Assembly (NCBI GenBank): GCA_965204005.1 | Contig: OZ241970.1 | Coordinates: 4,805,109-4,869,108, forward strand | Reading direction: 5' to 3' | Length of the DNA stretch: 64,000 nt | Source: Candidatus Versatilivorator sp. | Lineage (GTDB): Bacteria; Acidobacteriota; Terriglobia; Versatilivoradales; Versatilivoraceae | Part shown: positions 1 through 7,800 of the stretch, piece after piece | Layout of the letters: each line of letters starts with the position of its first letter | How positions within the stretch are numbered: position 1 is the first letter of the stretch | Notes under the pieces: model-generated | Seen by the model: the letters and a program-made list of their open reading frames with translations, nothing else | Databases searched by the model: none | What the model was told of the DNA's origin: nothing | Made by a program: the position numbers and the translations under genes

Positions 1-798
1 ATCAACGATGAGATCCTCATGCAGCTGGCCGCCGCCGACAGTCTGACCGCCAGCGATGCCGAGGTCAGCACCCGGTTCACCGACTTCAAGAAGAACTACA
101 CCGAGGAGAAGTTTCAGGAGTTCCTCAAGGAGCAGGGGGTCACCGAGGAGGAGTTCAAACAGACCCTGCGCAAGGGAGCCACCATCGAGAAGCTCTACAA
201 CAAGGAGATCACCTCCAAGATCTCGGTGACCGAGGCCGAGATCGAGCAGCACTTCGAAGAGAACAAGTCCAACTACAACCTCCCCAAGGGTTGGCGCCTC
301 GCCCACATTCTCATAACGGATTCCAAGGAGTCCGGGATCAACAATACCCGGAGCGACGACGCCGCCACTCCCGCCGAGGCCCAGAAAAAGGCCCAGCTTC
401 TGATGCGGCGGCTGCTGAACGGCGAGGATTTTGCCCGCTTGGCGGTGGAGTACTCCGAGGACGCCGAGTCCGCCCCTCGGGGCGGGGACCTGGGATTCGT
501 CACCGAGCAGCAGATGGAGACCGTCAGCCCCGAGCTCAAGAAAACGGTCCAGAAACTCAAGGTGGAGCAGGTCTTTCCCAGCCCCATCCGCATCGGCTAC
601 GGCTACCACCTGGTCAAGCTCCTGGCCAAGGAACGCGGCGGGCAGCATGAGCTGAGCGAACCGCAGGTCCAGGCGGATGTTCGCCGGACCATCTTCAACC
701 GCAAGGAAAACCTGCTGAAGACAGCCTACGTGGAAGTTATCCGCAACCAGGCCCAGATCAGGAACGTGCTCGCCGAGAAGCTCCTGGACAGCCGGTAG
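1..798 (+). CDS. Parvulin-type peptidyl-prolyl cis-trans isomerase (SurA/PrsA-like). The 5' end lies outside the window.
   Basis: The frame is open from base 1. The rotamase-like segment reads WRLAHILI...GEDFARLAVEYSEDAESAPRGGDLGFV...GYGYHLVKL, and the N-terminal part resembles a SurA-type chaperone. Stop at 796-798. Confidence 0.8.
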   Translation: MNDEILMQLAAADSLTASDAEVSTRFTDFKKNYTEEKFQEFLKEQGVTEEEFKQTLRKGATIEKLYNKEITSKISVTEAEIEQHFEENKSNYNLPKGWRLAHILITDSKESGINNTRSDDAATPAEAQKKAQLLMRRLLNGEDFARLAVEYSEDAESAPRGGDLGFVTEQQMETVSPELKKTVQKLKVEQVFPSPIRIGYGYHLVKLLAKERGGQHELSEPQVQADVRRTIFNRKENLLKTAYVEVIRNQAQIRNVLAEKLLDSR

Positions 799-799
799 T
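752..799 (+). repeat. Copy A of an imperfect direct repeat (3' end of the PPIase gene including its stop codon). The partner is at 1923-1970.
   Basis: By-eye alignment gives about 42/48 identical bases: cccagatcaggaacgtgctcgccgagaagctcctggacagccggtagt versus ccccgatcagaaacgtgcatgccgagaatctcctggacagccggaagt. Confidence 0.7.
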
Positions 800-967
800 T
801 CCGCATGCCGGCGCCGTCCTCCCTGCTCCCTCGGCTCGTCCCGCAAAGCCCCGCCGCCAATCCGCAAGCCTTCCCAACACATCCGGTAAGAGCCTGAAGA
901 TAAACGGTCTTTCCTGACAATTACCACGACCTGCCGAGAAATGCGGGCTAGAATGGAGTATCCCCGC

Positions 968-1057
968 GGAGGCGTGGCAGAGTGGTCGATTGCGGCGGTC
1001 TTGAAAACCGTTGTACCTTGACGGGTACCGTGGGTTCGAATCCTACCGCCTCCGCCA
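968..1057 (+). tRNA. tRNA-Ser (anticodon UGA), encoded CCA end
   Basis: Acceptor stem GGAGGCG/CGCCTCC, anticodon loop CTTGAAA (UGA), long variable arm GTACC...GGTAC, T-arm GTGGGTTCGAATCCTAC, discriminator G plus CCA. Confidence 0.9.
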
Positions 1058-1186
1058 AACACCCTTCCAAAGCCGTCCAATAAAATCCAACTCATCGCCG
1101 TGCACACTTGGCGGCAATCGTGCGGCTTGCGATCAACCAGGACCGCAAGCCGATTCGGCCTCAATAAGATTGCATTCATTTCCGTT

Positions 1187-1214
1187 ATATCTTACTATTC
1201 GTAAAATAAGATAT
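1187..1214. promoter_or_regulatory. AT-rich inverted repeat upstream of the antitoxin gene; candidate operator/promoter for TA autoregulation
   Basis: ATATCTTA (1187-1194) and TAAGATAT (1207-1214) form a perfect 8-bp inverted repeat with a 12-nt spacer. It sits 17 nt upstream of the 1231 ATG, in the only AT-rich stretch of the region. Confidence 0.3.
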
Positions 1215-1230
1215 TTAGTGAAACCAGCCA

Positions 1231-1455
1231 ATGGAACTCGCCAAGATTACCGCACGCGGGCAGACGACGATTCCCAAGAACATCCGTGAGGCGGCCAATC
1301 TGGTTGAGGGAGATGTGATTGCTTTCGTGATCGAGGGAGATCATCTGGTGGTGCGCAAGGTGACGCCCGGGCGGGACGACTACCTGCAAGGCCTCTCCGA
1401 AGTTCTGAGTGAATGGATTTCGCCCGAAGACGAGGAAGCGTGGCGTGACCTTTGA
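1231..1455 (+). CDS. AbrB/SpoVT/MazE-type antitoxin
   Basis: 74 aa. The N-terminus ITARGQTTIPKNIREAANLVEGDVIAFVIEGDHLVVRKV is a typical swapped-hairpin AbrB fold motif, followed by an acidic C-terminal tail. It overlaps the downstream toxin gene. Confidence 0.75.
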   Translation: MELAKITARGQTTIPKNIREAANLVEGDVIAFVIEGDHLVVRKVTPGRDDYLQGLSEVLSEWISPEDEEAWRDL

Positions 1456-1780
1456 ATCGCTTGATGTGGTTGTCGTCCCTTTTCCTTTCACGGATCGCCG
1501 GACCAGCAAGCGCCGGCCGGCATTGATCGTCTCATCGTCAGACTTCAATCGAGCCCACGAACAATTGATCCTGGCCATGATCACCTCGGCCGGGAGCGAC
1601 TGGCCCAGCGACGTGGCGGTCCGGGGATGGCGGGAAGCCGGCCTCAACGTTCCCTGCAAGGTCCGCTTCAAGCTCTTCACTCTCGACGACTCTCTGATTG
1701 TCCGCAAGCTCGGGAGGTTGTCGAAAGAGGATGGCGAAGAAGTGAAAAATGCAGTGGGACAGGTTGTGGCGAGCAACTGA
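1445..1780 (+). CDS. PemK/MazF-family toxin (endoribonuclease-like)
   Basis: LDVVVVPFPFTDRRTSKRRPALIVS...ILAMITS...PCKVRFKLFTLD matches the MazF/PemK signature. The likely GTG start at 1445 overlaps the antitoxin stop (1453-1455). The ORF track gives an earlier start at 1409. Confidence 0.7.
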   Translation: MTFESLDVVVVPFPFTDRRTSKRRPALIVSSSDFNRAHEQLILAMITSAGSDWPSDVAVRGWREAGLNVPCKVRFKLFTLDDSLIVRKLGRLSKEDGEEVKNAVGQVVASN

Positions 1781-1922
1781 CAACGGTCCTGCGCCGCCAG
1801 CGAATCTGTCGGTTCACTCCGGTGTCTTCGGGTGTGGGTCGCTCCTCTTCCGGGACCAATCACGCGATTGCTCCGGGATGGGAACCTCCAGTCGGGGTTG
1901 GTGAGAATTCCCCGTAGCGATG

Positions 1923-1970
1923 CCCCGATCAGAAACGTGCATGCCGAGAATCTCCTGGACAGCCGGAAGT
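1923..1970 (+). repeat. Copy B of the PPIase 3'-end direct repeat (stop codon TAG replaced by AAG)
   Basis: Translates as IRNVHAENLLDSRK, compared with IRNVLAEKLLDSR* at the real gene end. Confidence 0.7.
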
Positions 1971-2017
1971 CCGGGCCGTCGGCAGCGCTCCTCTATCCCG
2001 GGGCAGGGCGCCACTGA

Positions 2018-2581
2018 CCCTGTGCAGACATCGGTGCCCGCCACGCCCTGCCGGAGGTGGCGGAGTGGGCCCGGCAGGATGCGGCCCTCACCCATCCGAA
2101 CCCGGTCTGCCGGCAGGCAAACGCCCTGTTCGCCATGGCGATTGCCCATGCGGTCCGTTCGGCCCGCAGCGCCATGGAAGTCCACCATGGGATCGCGGAG
2201 TGGGCCCGGCAGGGGGACGTCGATGCTTCGATTCTTGACGTCGTTGGTACGTCCGCCAGTGCTCCTCCAACGGAGTACTCCTGTCATAAAGGCTGGGTTC
2301 TCATTGCCTTCCATAACGCTCTCTGGCAGTTGCTCCATGCTTCGAACCTGGAGGAAGCCGTGGTCGATACCGTCATGAGAGGTGGGGACACCGACACCAA
2401 CGCGGCCATCTGCGGAGCCTTGCTCGGGGCCGTGCACGGGCTGGAGGCCGTTCCCGACCGATGGACGGCGTGCCTTCGGAACTGTCGCCCCCTGGCTGGA
2501 CAGGCTCATGTCTTCCGCCCTCGCCCCCGGCGATTCTGGCCGGTGGATGCGCTGGAGTTGGCGGAGCGGCTGATCCGGTAG
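2018..2581 (+). pseudogene. ADP-ribosylglycohydrolase (ARH/DraG family), 5'-truncated remnant
   Basis: The C-terminal family signature VMRGGDTDTNAAICGALLGAVHG is present. The frame opens only at 2018, directly after a TGA, and roughly 100 N-terminal residues expected for the family are absent. Confidence 0.6.
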
Positions 2582-2691
2582 GATTGGGCCAGGGCGGGAC
2601 AAGCGACGGTTCCCGGGATGAGCGCGTCGCATACCCCTTCTTGTCAACGGACAGTGCGTGGGAGTTAATCTGGTGAGCTGAAGCCCGCTCG

Positions 2692-2860
2692 ATGAGGTCA
2701 GGACTGACCCGGGACCCTTCGATCGACTTGCGGGTAACCGAGCGCGACTTCAACCTTGCTCACTCAAGGGCCAGGGAAGAAGGGATTCCCTGTCAGACAC
2801 TCTTGTCCAGCGTCATCCACAAGTACCTGCCCGGCGGTCTCACGGAGAAGAGACAGGCTG
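2692..2860 (+). pseudogene. Ribbon-helix-helix (CopG/BrnA-like) antitoxin-type gene, interrupted near its 3' end by an IS
   Basis: EEGIPCQTLLSSVIHKYLPGGL resembles the conserved BrnA/CopG-type C-terminus. The reading frame continues after the IS at 4726 (AVPIGLLVTGAVV*) once one copy of the duplicated GACAGGCTG is removed. Confidence 0.5.
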
Positions 2861-2897
2861 GGGTGCACGTCAGATTTTTGATTTTTGAGATTTCCCA

Positions 2898-4193
2898 TCA
2901 CACTCTGACTGCCCGACGCTCCCAGAAGTCCTCGAAACGACCGCTGAGGTAGCAGCAGCGTAGCGCAATGATGGCATTGGCTCCAGCGACGGTCCAATGC
3001 ATCCCGGCACGCTTGAGGCGAGTGCCAATGATGGTCTTGCAACCGGCCTCAATGACTCCAGAGCCCACGGTCAGTCCTTGGGCACGAAAGTCGGCGTACT
3101 GCATCCGCTCACGATTGCGCTCGACATAGTCGGCGCACTGACGCACCGGCTCACACTCGCCAGCCCCGGACCGCAGGATGTCGAGAAGGTCCTCCAGGCG
3201 ACCCTCGGCCAAGGCCTCGCAACCGGCTTCAGCCCACTGCTGAATCCGTGGCGGGTCTCCTGCATGGAGCGCCTTGGAGGCGTCCCAGATCTTCTCCTGG
3301 GCGTGGTAGAGGTCGACGATCTGAATCGCCTCGGGGAACTGTTCGCCGGTCAGGTTCCAGATCCAGGCGGCGCCGTCGCCCAGCACGACCCGACGCCTCG
3401 CCCCTCCAAAGCCCCGGCGCTCGGCCTCGCGGCCCACCCGCCGGGCAAAGGCCGACCATTCGGGATCGGTATCTCGGGTGGCGGCACTCTCGATCGCCGC
3501 TGAGTAGCTGACCGAGCCCCGATCGCGCCTCGGCCGGTCTTGGGCGTCGAGGGATTCCGCTGTCCACAGGGCCACCAGCTTGACCTCGCGCGTCTTGGCC
3601 GACCCGTCGGGCTGCTTGCCCGCACGGCCCTCGGTCTCCTCCTGGCGCACCGGCACTCCGGTCCCGTCCATGCCCAGATACATCGTCGGAGCCGAGGGCG
3701 GTTCCCCCTCAACCCAAAGGCACTCGTCCTCACCAATCTCCCGTCCCAGCGCCTCAGCCGCGCGCTCCACCCGCTTCGGGTCGATCCGCACCCCCCCCAA
3801 CTCCGCCAGCAACTCGCTGCTCTCGGCGAAACTCACCCTCGCCGCCGCCGTCCCCACCATCCGCACCGCCCCCGGAGTCAGCGAGCCTCCCTCCAATCCC
3901 AACTCCCGGTCCCGCGGGTAGAAGCCCGATCCGCAACCCACGCAGTGATAATAGGCTCGCTCCAACTCCAGCGGACCCAGCACGCTGGTGAATCGCTTGC
4001 GGCGGCGTCCCGCATAACGCGCCGACCCTCCGCACTCGCAAGCCAACCAGGGCCCCCGGTGGTCGCTGGTGTCGGCGTTGAGCTTCTCCTCCAGCGCCCG
4101 CGCCGCCACCCCCAGGGCGCAACGCCGTGCCGCCGTCTCCCAGGCCTCCAGATCCAACGCCTCGGTCGCACCCTTGCCTAAGAGCGCTTCCAC
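2898..4193 (-). CDS. ISKra4-family transposase, catalytic portion (downstream frame)
   Basis: Has a zinc-finger-like YYHCVGCGSGFYPRDRELGL and DDE-type C-terminal region typical of ISKra4-family transposases. The frame stays open upstream of the annotated GTG through the A9 tract. Confidence 0.75.
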   Translation of the reverse strand: MEALLGKGATEALDLEAWETAARRCALGVAARALEEKLNADTSDHRGPWLACECGGSARYAGRRRKRFTSVLGPLELERAYYHCVGCGSGFYPRDRELGLEGGSLTPGAVRMVGTAAARVSFAESSELLAELGGVRIDPKRVERAAEALGREIGEDECLWVEGEPPSAPTMYLGMDGTGVPVRQEETEGRAGKQPDGSAKTREVKLVALWTAESLDAQDRPRRDRGSVSYSAAIESAATRDTDPEWSAFARRVGREAERRGFGGARRRVVLGDGAAWIWNLTGEQFPEAIQIVDLYHAQEKIWDASKALHAGDPPRIQQWAEAGCEALAEGRLEDLLDILRSGAGECEPVRQCADYVERNRERMQYADFRAQGLTVGSGVIEAGCKTIIGTRLKRAGMHWTVAGANAIIALRCCYLSGRFEDFWERRAVRV

Positions 4194-4603
4194 CTCGGCC
4201 TCGATCTCGGTGACGAACGCCCTCGCAAAGGCGTTTTTTTTTCCGCCTCGCCTCCCTCGCGGTCCCCCTCAGCCAGTCGTGCCTGGCAGAGTTGCTCGCT
4301 GAGGTCGACAAACTCCGCCGCCAGGGCGCGGAAACGCTTGTGCTCGGCAATCTGCGCCCGGGTGCGCTCGACGGCGGCCTGCGGAATCAGACGGGTCACG
4401 GTCTTCCCCTGGACCTTGAAGGTCAGCGACCAGTAGGGGCCGTGACCCGTTGCGCCATCGACTTGGCAGCGGCAACCCCGCTTGCCACACTGAAGAAAGC
4501 GGCGAGTCAGAGAGCCGGGACGCAACTCACCGACGGAGACCAACTCCTGTTGGATCCGGTTCCGTCGAAGGGTGACAGCAGCGAGGGTGTCAGGTGTGGG
4601 CAT
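4178..4603 (-). CDS. N-terminal ORF of the IS transposase (DUF6788-like zinc-binding region)
   Basis: GSLTRRFLQCGKRGCRCQVDGATGHGPYWSLTFKVQGKTVTRLIP matches the N-terminal module commonly found in ISKra4-like transposases. It runs through an A9 tract (plus-strand T9, 4234-4242), and the downstream ORF is in the -1 frame. Confidence 0.65.
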   Translation of the reverse strand: MPTPDTLAAVTLRRNRIQQELVSVGELRPGSLTRRFLQCGKRGCRCQVDGATGHGPYWSLTFKVQGKTVTRLIPQAAVERTRAQIAEHKRFRALAAEFVDLSEQLCQARLAEGDREGGEAEKKTPLRGRSSPRSRPRWKRS

Positions 4604-4877
4604 GGTGGCCTCCTTTCTTGCAGTCTATAACACTGTAAGAAGGAAATCCATAACCTCCCTCTTGTGAACCAACAACCCACTGCCAGTTCTTCAGAGCAAA
4701 AAGCTGACGTGCACCCGACAGGCTGTTCCGATTGGATTGCTTGTCACAGGTGCGGTAGTATAACCGTGTACCGGCGGGATAGGGCAGGGCGGCCCCGGTT
4801 GGCTGTCAGTCCCCTGTTGAGGTTGGCCGGAGGGGATTGCAGTTCCGGAGACGGAAAATGGAGGTCAGCGCACGGCC

Positions 4878-7800
4878 ATGAACTCCGCCAATTCCGATAA
4901 CGCCGTCGCCATCGTCGGATACGCCTACCGCATGCCGGGCGGAATCCGCACCGACGACGACTTCTGGCGTCTGCTCAGTCAACGCGAGATTATCCAGGAG
5001 CCGGTCACCGACCGCTACGGCAGGGGCTATCAACCCGTAGGTGGATTCTCCGGCACGGTTCGCTTCGCCAGCCCCTTCGAGGGCCTGATCCGCGACGACG
5101 GGGAGAAGCTGTTCGATCGCGGTCTCTTCGGGCTGTCACAACACGAAATGTTGTCAACCGACCCGCAGCTGAGAATGCTGTTGATGTGCGCCTGGGACAC
5201 CTGCGAGCGGAGCGGCTGGGAACTACACTCGCTACGCAACAGTCCCACCGGAGTGTTTGTCGGCGCGCAAACCCCCCCGGTGGCGAACTGGCGTCCGTTG
5301 CGCGGCGCCGGTCCGTTTGACGTCACCAGCATCAGTCTGGCCATGCTGGCCAATCGCATTTCCTACCACTTCAACTTGATGGGACCGTCAACCACCTATT
5401 GCACGGCTTGTTCCGCCAGCCTCACCGCCTTGAACGCCGCGATGAACGCACTCCAGTGCGGCGATTGCGAGCAAGCCATCGTCGCCTCCGTCAATTACCT
5501 GGGAACGGCCCGGCTCAGCGCTGCCTTTAACGCCCTGGGCGTCATCAGCCCGGACGGCAAGTGCCACTCCTTCGATGCGGAGGCCAACGGCTACATGCGC
5601 TCGGAAGGGGCGTTCGTCTTTGCCATCAAGCCCCTGGAAGCGGCCGAGCGGGACGGGGACCCTATCCACGCCGTGGTGGAGGCAACGGCAGTCAACGCGG
5701 CCGGGGCTGCCGACGGCAGCAGCGGCCTGGCTCAGGGGCGTTACATCACCGCCCCGACCCGTCACGCGCAGGCGGATCTGATGCGCCTGGCCTGCGCTCG
5801 TTCCGGCCGCCAGCCGAGAGAATTCGACTACATAGAGGCCCATGCCACCGGCACCGTGGTGGGCGACCGCATCGAGGGGAACGCCATCACCGAGGCGTTC
5901 GGCGGTTCCGGCCGCGAAGCGCCGCTGCGGATTTCCAGCATCAAGAGCAACGTCGGGCACATGGAAGCCGCCGCGTTCCATTGCGCCCTGCTCAAGGTCG
6001 TGTTGATGATGCAGCGGCGCACCTTCGCGCCGATTTCGAAGAATTACCTGGTGCCGAATCCCGAGATCGATTTCGAGAGCTGCCCCATGCAGGTGCAGAC
6101 GACGTGTGAGCCCTTTCCCGAACCTCCCGTCGTGGTCGGCATCAATTCATTCGGTTTTGGCGGCGCCAACGGGCACTGCGTGGTGCGGGAATACCGCCCC
6201 GCGCAGCCGCGGCCCTGGTCGGTTGGGCTGGCCCCGCAAGCCGGCCACATGATTCCCCTGTCGGCGCGCACTTCCGGCTTGCTGGCGCGCAGCGCCCAGC
6301 AGCTACGCGAAGCCTTGGGCGGGCAGGAGTTGGATCTGTACACCCTGGCAGGCAATCTCAGCCGCCGCCGCACCCACTTCGCCGCCCGTACGTCCTTTGC
6401 GGTGCGCAACCGGCAGGAACTGGCCGAGGCGCTGGACGCCTTCATCCATGACCCCGCGCCGGTGGCCACGGTGGATGAGAGCGAGCGGCGGGTGGCCCTG
6501 GTATTCTCCGGGCAGGGCACTCAGTGGGCCGGTTGCGGCCGTGCGCTTTACGACGCCGACCCCGTTTTCCACCGCGTGATCGATGCGATTGAGGAACACT
6601 GGCGAGAGCACTCGGACAGATCGCTTCGCGATGCCGGTCTTACGGCCTGTCAGGAGGAACTCGACGAAGTCCGGTTGGCCCAGCCGGTCATTTTCATGAT
6701 CCAGTGCGCCCTGGTGGAGTTGCTCAAGACCTGGGGAGTCCATGCGGACTGCGTGGTCGGCCACAGCTCCGGCGAGGTCGCTGCAGCCTACGCCTGCGGG
6801 GCGCTGTCGTTGGCGGACGCCACCCGACTGGTTTTCCACCGCGCCACCCTGCAGCAGCGCGTTGCGGGTTCGGGTCGCATGCTGGCGGTCGGCCTCGACC
6901 GGACGGGCGTGGAGGAAATGCTCGATACCCTGGGCGTTCCCTTCCGGCCGGAGGAAGACCGTCCCGCGCGAGTGGAGATCGCCTGCGAGAATGCGCCGGC
7001 CAACACCGTCATCTGCGGCAGGGAGGCCGCCCTGCGGCCGATCATGGCGGAGTTGGACCGACGCAATCTGCAGAACCAGTTGCTGCCGGGCAATATCGCC
7101 TTCCACTCCACCGCCATGGACCCCATCAAGGACGACGCGCTGTCGGCGCTGTCCTTTCTCAACGGGTGCGCCTTCGACGCCGAGGTGCCGTTCGTTTCCT
7201 CGGTGACCGGCGTCCGCACAGAGCGATTGGACAACCACTACTGGTGGTCGAATATTCGCCGGCCGGTGCGGTTCGCGGCGGCCATGGAAACCATCCGGCG
7301 GGAGTACCGCCCCGACGTGGTGCTGGAAATCGCGCCGCACAGCGCCCTGCAAACCACCATCGCGCAGTGCCTGGAAAGCAGTGTGGCGCCGCCGCCGGCC
7401 TGTATTCCGACACTGATGAGAGACAGCGATGTGTGTCTGGGCTTCAATCGGGCTCTGGGTGCGCTTTTCATGGCCGGCGTCGATCTGGACTTCGCCGCCC
7501 AGTATCCGCGACCGGAGCCGGTCGCCCACCTGCTGCCCGGTCATCCCAGAGAAGAGCAGGCGACGATGGATATCATGTGCGACAACGAGATGTTTGTCCG
7601 GCAGGGGGAGTACTCCCATGGGCCGTTGGTCGGACACAAGGTTCCTGCCGATCACCTGCTCTTCGAGGCGCGGCTTTCCGAGAAGGACTTTCCCTGGCTG
7701 GCGGACCACCGCGTCCACCATGCGGCGATCATGCCGGGGGCCGGTTACATCGAACTCATCCTGGAAGCCCTGGGGGGCGTTCCCGTCTGCTTCGACGTGA

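Larger units (their letters stand above)
2861..4716 (-). mobile_element. ISKra4-like insertion sequence (1856 bp) with a 9-bp target-site duplication
   Basis: Terminal inverted repeats are GGGTGCACGTCAGATTTTTG (2861-2880) and its near-perfect complement at 4697-4716 (CAAAAAGCTGACGTGCACCC). GACAGGCTG flanks the element at 2852-2860 and 4717-4725. Confidence 0.85.

Noticed and set aside
1958-2110. RNase P RNA-like strings: GGAAGTCCGGGC, GGGCAGGGCGCCAC, and later GAACCCGG.
   Set aside because: - The blocks are too close together. The P4 strands should be about 300 nt apart.
- The intervening conserved helices are absent.
- The region overlaps the ARH-family reading frame (THPNPVCRQ...).

This is judged to be chance similarity in GC-rich DNA.
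1195-2647. Minus-strand ORFs 1195-1863 (222 aa) and 1814-2647 (277 aa).
   Set aside because: They overlap the well-supported mazEF-like pair and the ARH-family frame on the plus strand, and they have no motifs.
2582-2691. Searched for a BrnT/DUF497-type toxin remnant upstream of the RHH (BrnA-like) gene.
   Set aside because: No frame in this 110-bp spacer, or in the preceding ORF tails, shows the DUF497 pattern. The antitoxin-like gene appears to be orphaned.
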